Shown piece by piece: positions 33,446 to 47,300 of a DNA stretch of 64,000 bases. Position 1 is the first letter of the stretch; each line of letters begins with the position of its first letter. The notes below the pieces were generated by a model. The model was not told the origin of the DNA. It searched no databases and saw nothing but the letters and a program-made list of their open reading frames with translations. The stretch comes from Macrostomum lignano (taxonomy: Eukaryota). The stretch is taken from NCBI GenBank assembly GCA_002269645.1, contig NIVC01000254.1, positions 434,001-498,000 of the forward strand. Direction: 5' to 3'. The translations under genes were made by a program, and so were the position numbers.

Positions 33446-34063
33446 CTGAAAACCGGCAGCGACCTGTACCTGCGAGACGATCTCTGCGCCATCAAAGTCT
33501 TTGAAAAGATCCACCAGCTCAGCCTTAGTCAGCAGCAGCCAGATGCGGGACCACCGGATCGCGAGTACAATGTTGTCCGACCCGAGAGTCAAGTAGAACC
33601 TGTCTACGCCAATGAAATGGACCCAAGCTCGTCGGGAGCCTCGCCGCCAGCAGTCAAGAGCCCCAAATCGCCAGCAGCCAAGCCGCTGCCGCCGCCAAGC
33701 AAGCCGCCGAAACCAAAGCCTACGAAGGCGCCGAAGCCCAAGCCGGAACCAAAGCCAAACAACGTAGAGAGCCCCACGGGTGACGCTGCAGGCGGCAGCT
33801 ATGATATGAACGAGTGCCCCTACGCTGTCCTGGACACTGAGAGCCTCAACAAGCCAATGCCGGGCTCGCAACCGAATCGAAAACCGAAGCCAAGTCTACC
33901 GCCAACATCAGAGTCGGATGGCGACCAGACGCAGCAGCAGCAGCCGCCGCAGCAGCAGCCGCAGCAGCCGACATCATCTGATGGCGCTGCTGGTGCTGCA
34001 GGCGAGGATGACGTGATTGAGCACCCTGTCTACGCAGATATCATCGGCGTGTTAAAGCAGTAA
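33446..34063 (+). CDS. Pro-rich Tyr-motif protein B, main 3' exon (paralogue of gene A; 5' exons unresolved)
   Basis: Shares YAVLD(T/I)ESL(N/S)KP and (H/N)P(V/I)Y(A/S)DI(I/V)GVLKQ* with gene A. Acceptor GATTGCAG| at 33445. Candidate donors at 33278 and 33337. Confidence 0.7.
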   Translation: MKTGSDLYLRDDLCAIKVFEKIHQLSLSQQQPDAGPPDREYNVVRPESQVEPVYANEMDPSSSGASPPAVKSPKSPAAKPLPPPSKPPKPKPTKAPKPKPEPKPNNVESPTGDAAGGSYDMNECPYAVLDTESLNKPMPGSQPNRKPKPSLPPTSESDGDQTQQQQPPQQQPQQPTSSDGAAGAAGEDDVIEHPVYADIIGVLKQ

Positions 34064-34149
34064 AGGCTAAAATCCATCACCTAATGCTATTGAAAACATT
34101 CATCACATCTGCTTTAGACTGACCCTGTTTAAGTACACATTTGATAACC

Positions 34150-35160
34150 AGATATGGCGCTTCCTGACACCCTGATATGGCGCTTCCTGACACCCTGATA
34201 TGGCGCTTCCTGACACCCTGATACGGCGCTTCCTGACACCCTGATATGGCGCTTCCTGACACCCTGATATGGCGCTTCCTGACACCCTGATATGGCGCTT
34301 CCTGACACCCTGATACGGCGCTTCCTGACACCCTGATACGGCGCTTCCTGACACCCTGATACGGCGCTTCCTGACACCCTGATACGGCGCTTCCTGACAC
34401 CCTGATATGGCGCTTCCTGACACCCTGATATGGCGCTTCCTGACACCCTGATATGACACTTCCTGACACCCTGATATGACGCTTCCTGACACCCTGATAT
34501 GACGCTTCCTGACACCCTGATATGACGCTTCCTGACACCTTGATATAGCACCACCTGAAACCCTGATATGGGCCCATCTGACACCTAGATATGGGCCCAT
34601 CTGACACCTAGATGTGGGCCCATCTGACACCTAGATGTGGGCCCATCTGACACCTAGATATGGCCATATGGGCCCATCTGACACCTAGATATGGGCCATC
34701 TGACACCTAGATATGGGCCATCTGACACCTAGATATGGGCCCATCTGACACCTAGATATGGGCCCATCTGACACCTAGATATGGGCCATCTGACACCTAG
34801 ATATGGGCCCATCTGACACCCGGATATGGCGCTTCCTGACACCCGGATATGGCGCTATCTGACACCCAGATATAGCGCTTCTTGACACCCGGATATGGCG
34901 CTTCCTGACACCCGGATATGGCGCTTCCTGACACCCGGATATGGCGCTTCCTGACACCCAGATATGGCACCACCTGAAACCCTGATATGGGCCCATCTGA
35001 CACCTAGATATGGGCCCATCTGACACCTAGATGTGGGCCCATCTGACACCTAGATATGGCCATATGGGCCCATCTGACACCTAGATATGGCCATATGGGC
35101 CCATCTGACACCTAGATATGGGCCCATCTGACACCTAGATATGGCGCCATATGACACCCA
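34150..35160. repeat. 23-bp minisatellite with two interleaved variants, 3' of gene B
   Basis: ATATGGCGCTTCCTGACACCCTG and ATATGGGCCCATCTGACACCTAG. Confidence 0.95.
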
Positions 35161-35685
35161 CCATCATAGTTTTGGCTTTAATTCAATCTTATTTTTACGC
35201 TTCTATAAAAGTTTATAATGTACTTTTTTACTTCTACGCGACGTCTGTGCATTCTGTTTTATTAAATGTAAATTCTCAAATCAATTTATTGTACTGACAA
35301 TACAAAAAAATTAACAAACAAATTAATTATTCAAAGTTTTAGGACTCAAGTTACAGCAATCAAGTTTTTGGCTTAACTACTGCATACAGCATTTGATTCA
35401 TATTCATACGCGCTTAGAATTAGTTGGCTGACATAATTTTAAAATACAAAAGATTAAATGATTAAAAAAGTACTTAGAAAAAGTTTGGAACTTTTCAGCA
35501 CATCGTGTATGCATACATTTGTAATAAATATTTACTAACACGGTTTTTTTAAGCTGCATTAAGAATAAAAAGAAAAATCGGTCCATTTTCTAATTCCTTA
35601 TTGGGATATTTTCAGCTGTTTCGGGGGCAATTTTTTACATGCCAAATAGCAGTTTTCAGAATTATGTATAGTTTTTAGAACCCTG

Positions 35686-37225
35686 TCTATGGGCGATTTT
35701 TTAGAATTGTCTGTGGGCGATTTTTAGAATTGTCTGTGGGCGATTTTTAGAATTATCTGTGGGCGATTTTTAGAATTGTCTGTGGGCGATTTTTAGAATT
35801 GTCTATGGGCGATTTTTAGAATTATCTAGGGGCGATTTTTAGAATTGTCTAAGGTCGATTTTTAGAATTATCTAGGGCGATTTTTAGAATTGTCTAGGGG
35901 CGATTTTTAGAATTATCTAGGGGCGATTTTTAGAATTGTCTAGGGGCGATTTTTAGAATTGTCTAGGGGCGATTTTTAGAGTTATCTAGGGGCGATTTTT
36001 AGAATTATCTAGGGGCGATTTTTAGAAATGTCTGTGGGCGATTTTTAGAAATGTCTGTGGGCGATTTTTAGAATTATCTATGGGCGATTTTTAGAATTAT
36101 CTAGGGGCGATTTTTAGAATTGTCTAGGGGCGATTTTTAGAATTGTCTATGGGCGATTTTTAGAATTGTCTATGGGCGATTTTTAGAATTATCTATGGGC
36201 GATTTTTAGAATTATCTAGGGGCGATTTTTAGAATTGTCTAGGGGCGATTTTTAGAATTATCTGTGGGCGATTTTTAGAATTATCTAGGGGCGATTTTTA
36301 GAATTGTCTGTGGGCGATTTTTAGAATTGTCTGTGGGCGATTTTTAGAACTGTCTGTGGGCGATTTTTAGAATTGTCTATGGGCGATTTTTAGAATTATC
36401 TATGGGCGATTTTTAGAACTGTCTATGGGCAATTTTTAGAATTGTCTGTGGGCGATTTTTAGAATTGTCTATGGGCGATTTTTAGAATTGTCTGTGGGCA
36501 ATTTTTAGAATTGTCTGTGGGCGATTTTTAGAATTGTCTAGGGGCGATTTTTAGAATTGTCTGTGGGCGATTTTTAGAACTGTCTATGGGCGATTTTTAG
36601 AATTGCCTATGGGCGATTTTTAGAATTATCTAGGGGCGATTTTTAGAATTGTCTAGGGGCGATTTTTAGAATTGTCTATGGGCGATTTTTAGAATTGTCT
36701 ATGGGCGATTTTTAGAATTGTCTATGGGCGATTTTTAGAATTATCTATGGGCGATTTTTAGAATTATCTAGGGGCGATTTTTAGAATTGTCTGTGGGCGA
36801 TTTTTAGAATTGTCTGTGGGCGATTTTTAGAACTGTCTGTGGGCGATTTTTAGAATTGTCTGTCGGCGATTTTTAGAATTGTCTGTGGGCGATTTTTAGA
36901 TTTGTCAATATGGGCGATTTTTAGAACTGTCTGTGGGCGATTTTTAGAATTGTCTGTGGGCGATTTTTAGATTTGTCGATATGGGCGATTTTTAGAATTG
37001 TCTGTGGGCGATTTTTAGATTTGTCAATATGGGCGATGTTTAGAATTATCTAGGGCGATTTTTAGAATTGTCTAGAGGCGATTTTAATAATTGTCTGCGG
37101 GCTATTTTTAGAATTATCTAGGGCAATTTTTATAATTGTCTTCGGGCGATTTTTATAATTGTCTGCGGGCGATTTTTAGAATTATCTAAGGCGATTTTTA
37201 GAATTGTCTGCGGGCGATTTATCTA
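35686..37225. repeat. 23-bp minisatellite between gene B and the POFUT1 3' end
   Basis: Unit GGGCGATTTTTAGAATTGTCTGT. Confidence 0.95.
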
Positions 37226-37269
37226 ATTCCCTATGGCGATTCCCAGAAAAATCAACTGGACCAGACAGT

Positions 37270-39579
37270 TCACAGCTCGTCGTGCCCCCAGCCGGTGGCC
37301 CCGGCCAAGCCCAAATAGTTGCTAGGCCGTCCAGCCGCGTCTCGAGATCTTCGGACAAAGGCGCTAAGACTGGACGCGCAGTTCAACAGGACAGCATCGG
37401 CCAGAGTCAGCAGTCCGACATCCTGGAACACGTCTGTGCCCAGAGTCTGCGTGCTCACAAATTTCACAGCCTCCGGAGCTGCTTTCTTCATCAACGACAA
37501 TTTAGCGTCGAAATCGGTAGCAACAAAGACTGTTCGGATATTCAGAGATTTTGCCAGGCGATTGACGTCCTCTAGAATTGTGGCATCGTCAGGGACGCAA
37601 GTTTTCATGGACAGCTGGCCGAGGTGACTGGACGGGCCGAAGCACTGGTAGCTGGAGAAGAGGCCGGCACCGGCTGGGAGCTGAGGCAGCAGGGTGCCGC
37701 AGGCTCGCGAGAAATCCACGTTGTTGCGCAGGTGAACGCCAAGGATGGGGCCTGTTGGGTGTGTTGGGTGTGATTAAGGTGAGGTTCAGGTTAGATGAAT
37801 ATGAGATTCAGGTTGGATGAGGGCTGAGATTTAGGTGGGATGAGGGGTTGGATTCAGGTAGGATGAGGGGTGAGATTCAGGTAGGATGAGAAGTGAGATT
37901 CAGGTAGGATGAAGGATGAGATTCAGGTAGGATGAGGGGTGAGATTCAGGTAGGATGAGGGGTGAGATTCAGGTAGGATGAGGGTCGAGATTCAGGTAGG
38001 ATGAAGGATGAGATTCAGGTAGGATGAGGGGTGAGATTCAGGTAGGATGAGGGGTGAGATTCAGGTAGGATGAAGGATGAGATTCAGGTAGGATGAGGGG
38101 TGAGATTCAGGTAGGATGAGGGGTGAGATTCAGGTAGGATGAACTATGAGATTCAGGTTGGATGAGGGGTGAGATTCAGGTTAGATGAAGGTGAGATTCA
38201 GGTTGGATGAGGGGTGAGATTCAGGTGGGATGAGGGGGGAGATTCAGGTTGAATGAGGGGTGAGATTCAGGTTAGATGAAGGTGAGATTCAGGTGGGATG
38301 AGGGGTGAGATTCAGGTGGGATGAGGGGTGAGATTCAGGTTGGATGAGGGGTGAGATTCAGGTTGGATGAGGGGTGAGATTCAGGTGGGATGAGGGGTGA
38401 GATTCAGGTTGGATGAGGTGTAAGATTCAGGTTGAATGAAGTGGTGAGATTCAGGTAGGATGAGGTGTAAGATTCAGGTTAGATGAAGCTGAGATTCAGG
38501 TTGGGTGGGGGTGAGATTCAAGTTGGATGAAGGGTGAGATTCATTCTATATCTTTGTTACATCAAGGCGGAGATTCAGGCCAATATTAATGACCATCTAT
38601 CTATCCCTACACGTAGAGAGCCTCACGCTGCAAATCGTTGGCCTCCATCAGCAGGTTTAAGGATTCCAGAAACTCCTCGTTAAAAGCGACGTGCCGGTGC
38701 AGCCCCAGGTGCTTCGGCTGAGCGGGAAACGAGGCCGGGGCTCCCATGAAGGCCAGCACGGGCCAGCGGTTGCTAGGGTAATTCCGCTGCCAGGACTCCG
38801 AATCGCCCAGAGACGAGCCGGCCGTGTTACCATAGAATTCATCGCGATCGAAGTTCACGCCGAAGGCGTCCCAAAATGGCCCGAACGGATTGCCGACCTT
38901 TGCCTGCGGAATTCGAGGTTCGGAAAGTTTATGCTAGCTAGCTGACTGTCTGACTGACTGACTGACTGACTGACTGTCTGACTGACTGTCTGACTGACTG
39001 ACTGACTGACTGACTGACTGACTGACTGACTGACTGACTGACTGACTGACTGTCTGACTGACTGACTGACTGACTGACTGACTGACTGACTGACTGACTG
39101 ACTGACTGACTGACTGACTGACTGACTGACTGACTGACTGACTGACTGACTGACTGACTGACTGTCTGACTGACTGACTGACTGACTGACTGACTGACTG
39201 TCTGACTGACTGACTGACTGACTGTCTGACTGACTGACTGACTGACTGACTGACTGACTGACTGACTGACTGACTGACTGACTGACTGTCTGACTGACTG
39301 ACTGACTGTCTGACTGACTGACTGTCTGACTGACTGACTGACTGACTGACTGACTGACTGACTTACTGTCTGACTGACTGACTGACTGACTGACTGACTG
39401 ACTGACTGACTGTCTGACTGACTGACTGACTGACTGACTGTCTGACTGACTGACTGACTGACTGACTGACTGTCTGACTGACTGACTGACTGACTGACTG
39501 ACTGACTGACTGACTGACTGACTGACTGTCTGTCTGTCTGTCTGTCTGACTGACTGACTGACTGACTGACTGTCTGTCT

Positions 39580-39612
<33 letters not shown>

Positions 39613-40103
39613 TCTGTCTGTCTGACTGACTGACTGACTGACTGTCTGACTGTCTGACTGACTGACTGACTGTCTGACTGACTGACTGACTGACTGACTG
39701 ACTGACTGACTGACTGACTGACTGTCTGACTGACTGACTGACTGACTGACTGTCTGACTGACTGACTGACTGACTGACTGTCTGACTGACTGACTGACTG
39801 ACTGACTGTCTGTCTGACTGACTGTCTGACTGACTGACTGACTGACTGACTGACTGTCTGACTGACTGTCTGACTGACTGACTGACTGACTGACTGACTG
39901 ACTGACTGACTGTCTGACTGACTGTCTGACTGACTGACTGACTGACTGACTGACTGACTGACTGACTGTCTGACTGACTGACTGACTGACTGACTGTCTG
40001 ACTGACTGACTGACTGACTGTCTGACTGACTGACTGGCTGTCTGTCTGACTGACTGACTGACTGACTGTCTGACTGACTGACTGACTGACTGACTGACTG
40101 ACT

Positions 40104-40136
<33 letters not shown>

Positions 40137-40204
40137 TCTGACTGACTGTCTGACTGACTGACTAACCAACTAACTAACTAACTAACTAACTGACTAACTA
40201 ACTG

Positions 40205-40259
<55 letters not shown>

Positions 40260-40321
40260 GACTAACTAACTAACTAACTAACTGACTAACTAACTAACTA
40301 ACTGACTAACTAACTAACTAG

Positions 40322-40367
<46 letters not shown>

Positions 40368-40368
40368 G

Positions 40369-40401
<33 letters not shown>

Positions 40402-40406
40402 ATAGT

Positions 40407-40459
<53 letters not shown>

Positions 40460-40460
40460 G

Positions 40461-40496
<36 letters not shown>

Positions 40497-40498
40497 GT

Positions 40499-40531
<33 letters not shown>

Positions 40532-40532
40532 T

Positions 40533-40575
<43 letters not shown>

Positions 40576-41078
40576 GACTAACTAACTGACTAACTAACTA
40601 ACTAACTAACTAACTAAAAAAAGTCTACGGAAAAGATCAGAGATGCTTCAAATTCGTCACAATAAAATTTTTATAACAGGCCTTTGAAAAATGCCCGCAC
40701 CTGACAAGTGCCATCCTCTCTAGCAGAGTGGCAAAATACTGCCCTGCTGCCAGCCGGCCACAGAGCGGGCGAGAGCTTGTCAACAAACTGGCGCATATCA
40801 ATCACTGGATGGGCGGCATCCAACTTGGTCAGGTTGAAATGCCTGCCAAACGGTGTGAGGTCGATGCCAGCACCCGGCCTGCCATACGATATCCATGGCG
40901 GCACAACCAGGGTTCGGCGGAGTTGGCGGGCAAATGCCAGGACGCCAAGAAACTGCTCAGCCTGATTGCCAAAACGGCCCATACAGGGGCAGTAGATCAA
41001 ATAGCCAGACACGGACCTACTAGCTAGGGCACTGCTGGGCACTACTAACAGTAGCACGAGTGCAAATAAGCTGAGCAT
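37270..41078 (-). CDS. POFUT1: GDP-fucose protein O-fucosyltransferase 1 (~378 aa)
   Basis: Exons 41078-40701 (signal peptide, YCPCMGRFGNQAEQFLG), 38903-38627 (GNPFGPFWD, PVLAFMGAPASFP), 37751-37270 (PILGVHLRNNVDF, VFVATD, NCASSLSAFVRRSRD, HDEL*). In-phase GT-AG junctions. The start codon could instead be the ATG at 41132. Confidence 0.95.
37790..38543. repeat. 23-bp minisatellite (POFUT1 intron 2)
   Basis: Unit GAGATTCAGGTAGGATGAGGGGT. Confidence 0.95.
38941..40617. repeat. Compound tetranucleotide microsatellite (GACT)n then (AACT)n (POFUT1 intron 1)
   Basis: ~1.2 kb of GACT with GTCT interruptions, switching to AACT at ~40145. Confidence 0.97.
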
Positions 41079-43062
41079 AGTGAAGACAAGATAAATTGGT
41101 AAGCATGCAAACAACACAAAAAACAAATTCATTTGAAACTTTATCATTAACAATTTGAACCATTAGAAATTAGGAGCATTAAAATTATAGAGAAAAAAAA
41201 TTTATGTTGAACTTACTATGTCTAAGTCTTATTTTTTTATCTAAATTACTGAAAAATTATTAATATTATACTTTTTAGTGACAACTTAGATAAATTTAGA
41301 TTGACAAAACATATTGATTTAAAAGTTAAAACTATACTGCTTCTTTTCTATTAGATTGTCCCAGTTATATCTTATATAAAACAGTCTAATTTTCTCTAGT
41401 TTTTAATCCACTCTAGTTGGTGAGGTATAGAATGAAGGCTATGACACTATACTTGGTATAATGGAGCAAAATTTCTTAGAGACCAAAATTAATGAATAAT
41501 ATCTAAAAATAGCAACTTTTTATAATTTCATATATGTATTTTTGATTGCCACATTGCCACAAAATAGTAAAATACTGAAATTTTGTTGTTAAATGTCACC
41601 TTTTAATTATTTTTAAGCTTTCAAGACAACTTCCTGCATTGGCTTTCATGCAACCATAAATTTGTTAAAGTAGAGTACTATAGTCATAGTAGAATCATTG
41701 TTTATATAGATGTGTAGCATATAATAAAACTGGCTAGAGCTAGAGCTACATCTGATTCTAAACCTATAAGATTACTATATGGATACTTTTATTGTTTAAG
41801 AAACGTTTGAGTAATTTCAAATATTCATTGTCTCTGATTCACTTAGCTCTTTTCATTTTATAGACCTCAAGACCTGAATCGTTTATTGATTCAGTCAATC
41901 GTAAAAATATCAATAAATCAATCTATTTAGAAATCCTATCATCATATTAAAAACCGAAAAGAAAAGAAACTGCAAAAAAATACATTTGAAAAAATACATC
42001 AGCGTGGCTGTAAATTAAGTTAACAGAGTATTAGCTTTAGTAATTTTTAGCAGCTTTCGAACTGCTTGAACTTGCTTTCATAGAAAATTGAACATTTAAA
42101 TTTATAGACAGAGCGTGGATGATTCGCACCGCAAATAAACAATTCCAAAGCAGCAAATAGCTGTGTTCAAGCATTACTAAAACAATTATAGAAATTAATG
42201 TTAAAACTAGGTCTTGACGCAAATAATTTAAGCTATAATTGCTGAAATGGCTGCAATATGAACTTTATCTTCGGCTTTGTCCGTTGCAAATGCTACAAAC
42301 TATTTAAATGTTTCGCAGTTACTGTCTTTAGGAATAAAATACTAATAGATTCAGTATAAAGCGATGAAAGAGTTAGTCGATTACAATTAATATCAAGTGT
42401 AAGTGGCACTGAGCACATACATGTAGATGTCTGGCACAGGGGTGGCACGACACACTGGGATAGTGGACGATGCCACACGACACACATTGTGACATTGGTA
42501 CTGGGTTTGGTGGCGCGACTCACCAGACTATTGTGTATTAAATTAAACAACTCAGCGAGAAGAACTATCAGCCAGCAGATTACTAAAATTAATCAATTTA
42601 TTTATTTGTGTAGCTAAGCGAAATGATAATTTCTGTACTACAGAAATAAAGTCTATTTTGAGCAAGAGGCATGACATACAAGATAAATAATAACGGAGGT
42701 TTAATTGCCTAAAAATCAATCAATAAGACTGCATTATATTGCAAAAATCAAAAAATTAAGTGAAAAAATAATCTGCTACACTCTACTTGGCTAAATATTG
42801 CGAATTACGCACTACTTGACTACTAAGCATACATAAGTAGTATGAATCATGACGCTAAATTTAGTATCTAAATGTTTTTAAACAAATTAAAGATCATTGA
42901 CTCTCCTATTCAGTTTCACGGGTTCTAATTGCCGCTAAATAATTCTAATCGGTTTCTAAACTAACGAAAAAACATAAATATTGGCAATTCTAACAGAAAA
43001 AACTATTGGCACCCAACACACTATTGAATGTTATAATCAGCACATAAAAGTGCATCAATCGA

Positions 43063-44325
43063 TCAGGCGGAAAACTGCATCTGTTCGTAGTCAACTAAGG
43101 TGCCACGCAGAACCAGCGGCGGCTGATGTGCACCAGCGCCTGAATCCGAAGTCCCCTTCGAAGCCAGCGGGCCGAAGCCGCCACCGCCAGGCGTGCGAAG
43201 CACGAACCGATCCCCCGGGCCAACCGACACCGAAGTCTTGGCGCCGAGGTTCATCCGGCGACCCGTGGCAGCCACCTCGAGCGAGTTGCTGCCCCGGCTG
43301 CCAGGTTGGCCACCTGAGCGGAGTAGTTTGCAGGATTATTGGGATACTTGAGAGTTTGTGATACTTGGCAGCTATGGGATTAGTGAGGAATTTGGGATTA
43401 GTGAGGATTTTGGGATTAGTGAGGATTTTGGGATTAGTGAGGATTTTGGGATTGGTGAGGATTTTGGGATTCCTGAGGATTTTGGGATTAGTGAGGATTT
43501 AGGATTAGTGAGGAATTTGGGATTAGTAAGGATTTTGGGATTAGTGAGAATTCGGGATTGGTGAGAATAGTGGGATTAGTTAAGACACTGTGATTAGTGA
43601 AGATTTTGAGATTCGCGAGAATAGTGGGATTAGTTAAGACACTGTGATTAGTGAAGATTTTGAGATTCGCGAGAATTGTGGGATTAGTGAACATAATAGG
43701 ATTAGTAAGGATTTTACGATTAGTGAGGTTTTTGGGATTAGTGAGGATTTTGGGATTAGTTAGGATTTTTGGATTAGTGAGGATTTTAGGATTAGTGAGG
43801 ATTTTGGGATTAGTTAGGATTTTGGGATTAGTGAGGTTTTTGGGATTTGTGAGGTTTTTAGGATTAGTGAGGTTTTTAGGATTAGTGAGGTTTTTGGGAT
43901 TTGTGAGGATTTCGGAATAGTGAGGATTAGTGATTAGTGAGGATTTTGGGATCACCTTTGAGTCCGTATGGTGCGTGAACGCGTCGCTCAGTGAGCACTG
44001 ACAAGGTCAGGTCCTTGCGGAACCGAAGCACCCGCAGGATGCCGTCGCCTCCGTTGAACTGGCCCTGACCGCCGGTGCCCGGGCACAGGGAAAAATGATC
44101 CACGATGACGGGGTACCTGCAACCCAGGTGTGGGTGGGCTGTCTGTCAGACTGACAAAACAAGTGGTTGGGCATGAGACCAATGACTAACTGTGAGGAAA
44201 ACGTACCGGCGTTCAAGAATCTCCACATCCGTGATCCTGGTGTTGGTCATGTGGGTGTGCACCCCACTTCTTCCGTGCCAACTTGGACCCTGTTGTAAAT
44301 AAAGTACTTATAAATCTGAAGTAAA

Positions 44326-44365
<40 letters not shown>

Positions 44366-47300
44366 CAGTCAGTCAGTCAGTCAGTCAGTCAGTCAGTCAG
44401 TCAGTCAGTCAGTCAGTCAGTCAGTCAGTCAGTCAGTCAGTCAGTCAGTCAGTCAGTCAGTCAGTCAGTCAGTCAGTCAGTCAGTCAGTCAGTCAGTCAG
44501 TCAGTCAGTCAGTCAGTCAGTCAGTCAGTCAGTCAGTCAGTCAGTCAGTCAGTCAGTCAGTCAGTCAGTCAGTCAGTCAGTCAGTCAGTCAGTCAGTCAG
44601 TCAGTCAGTCAGTCAGTCAGTCAGTCAGTCAGTCAGTCAGTCAGTCAGTCAGTCAGTCAGTCAGTCAGTCAGTCAGTCAGTCAGTCAGTCAGTCAGTCAG
44701 TCAGTCAGGCAGTCAGTCAGTCAGTCAGTCAGTCAGTCAGTCAGTCAGTCAGTCAGTCAGGCAGTCAGTCAGTCAGGCAGTCAGTCAGTCAGTCAGTCAG
44801 TCAGTCAGTCAGGCAGTCAGTCAGTCAGTCAGTCAGTCAGGCAGTCAGGCAGTCACTCACAGCCCCGGAGCCGCCGGCCACAGTCTCATAGTATCCGACG
44901 CTGTCATCGCCAAACGTCACATTGTTCATGCAGCCCTGCGAAGCGGCACAGGCGCTAAAGGCGCCAAGAATGACGTCAACAATGCGCTGAGAGGTGAGCA
45001 CGTTGCCGCCAACCACGGCGGCAATGTCGGAGGGGCTGAGCAGGCTGCCCTCGGGCAGTCTGAGCTGGATGGGCGCCAGGCAGCCCTGGTTCAGGGGAAT
45101 GCTGTAGGGCACCATGCAGCGCAGGCAGTAGATCAAGGCGGACATTGTGACAGCCCGCGGCGCATTCAAATTGCCGTGACTCTCCAGCGATGTGCCGGCA
45201 AAGTCAAACACTGCGCTGCCGGCTTTGGCGTCGATGTCGACGCTCAGCCGAATGTCGGAACCGTCGTCGAGGCTGTCGGCGAAGGAGAGGCGCGAGGCGC
45301 CGGTGCGCGCCAAAGCTGAGGCGCCAACCCGACGGAGCAGGTCGCGAACGGCCGTCTCCGCGTTCGCCTGGGGATTGGGTTGGATTGAAAAGCCTAAATA
45401 AATCCTTAAATCTGAAATCCCCGAGACTTCAAATCAAAAAAATCCCTAGACCTTTTATTTATAGATCCCATATCCTTAATTTTATAGATCCCATATCCTC
45501 AAATCTATAGATCATATATTCTCAAATCTAAAGATCCTATAACCTCCAACTTATAGATCCCATATCCTCAAATTTATAGATCCCATATCCTCCAATTTAT
45601 AGATCCCATATCCTCCAATTTATAGATCCCATATCCTCCAATTTATAGATCCCATATCCTCCAATTTATAGATCCCATATCCTCCAATTTATAGATCCCA
45701 TATCCTCAAATTTATAGATCTCATATCCTCAAATTTATAGATCCCATATCCTCAAATTTAAAGATCCTATATCCTTCAATTTATAGATCCCATATCTCCC
45801 AATTTATTGATCCCATATCCTCAAATTTATTGATCCCATATCCTCAAATTTATAGATCCCATATCCTCCAATTTATAGATCCCATATCCTTCAATTTATA
45901 GATCCCATATCCTTCAATTTATAGATCCCATATCCTTCAATTTATAGATCCCATATCCTCCAATTTATTGATCCCATATCCTCAAATTTATAGATCCCAT
46001 ATCCTCCAATTTATTGATCCCATATCCTCAAATTTATAGATCCCATATCCTTCAATTTATAGATCCCATATCCTCAAATTTATAGATCCCATATCCTTAA
46101 ATTTATAGATCCCATATCCTTAAATTTATTGGTCCCATATCCTCAAATTTATAGATCCCATATCCTCAAATTTATAGATCCCATATCCTTAAATTTATAG
46201 ATCCCATATACTCAAATTTATAGATCCTATAATCTCAAAAATAGATCCCTAAAACTTCAAATCTAAGAAAATAGCAATAAAAACTTAAAGTGCATTCTCA
46301 CCTGTATAAATTTCATATAAGCCTGCACAACCCCCAGACTATACTCCTCAATCAGCGCCGTAACCAAAGCAACGCCCTTCTGATTGGCTGCCACCTGAGC
46401 CCTCAAATCGCTCAAATTGTCGTGCAAATTTCGCGTCCCAGAGCAGCCAGGAAGCTGGGCTGGCGCCATCAACTCTTTGGTGACTTCGGCCTCGCGGAAC
46501 TGGCCGCCGCGGACCAGATGGAACGAGCGGAACACGGCGCCCTCCTCCAAGATGCTGTGCGAGTCAGGAGGCATCGAGCCCGGAGTTCGGCCACCGATGT
46601 CAGCGTGATGGCCTCGGTTGGCAACGAAGAATATGGGAGACTGGCCGGAGCCCGGCAGGAACACGGGCGTGATGACGGTCAGGTCCGGCAGGTGGCTGCC
46701 GCCGGCCCGCGGGTGATTGGCCAGGATGACATCGCCTGGCAACAACTCGCAGTTGGCCATCTGATAGCGCACCGTCTCCTGCATGGCGCCTGCGGCAATG
46801 GGATTTTTGGTTAGTTAAGGATTTGAGATTTAGAGCAATGGGATCTGTGGTTAGTTGGGGATTTGGGATTTAGAGCAATGGGATCTGTGGTTAGTTGGGG
46901 ATTTGGGATTTAGAGCAATGGGATCTGTGGTTAGTTAGGGATTTGGGATTTAGGGCAATGGGATCTGTTGGGGATTGTTGGGGATTTGGGATTTAGAGCA
47001 ATGGGATCTGTGGTTAGTTGGGGATTAACAAACTGGGAATTTGGGATTTAAAACGATGGGATCACATCACATTCTTTGCCTTGGGAATAGGCCATCACAG
47101 AGATTAGGAGAACAGCTCACCCAGGTGCACCGGGATGTGAGGCGCGTTGGCTACCAGGCCCCCGTCGGGTCCAAACAGAGCGCAGCTGAAGTCCAGACGC
47201 TCCTTGATGTTAGTAGAGATGCTGGTTCTCTGCAGCACCCGGCCCATCTGCTCAGCTATGGACATAAACCGGTGCGAGAAAATGCTCAGCTGAATGCTGT

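Noticed and set aside
34077-35049. Multiple overlapping minus ORFs
   Set aside because: All derive from the 23-bp array.
39603-40169. SQSV-repeat ORF
   Set aside because: (GACT)n microsatellite in a POFUT1 intron.
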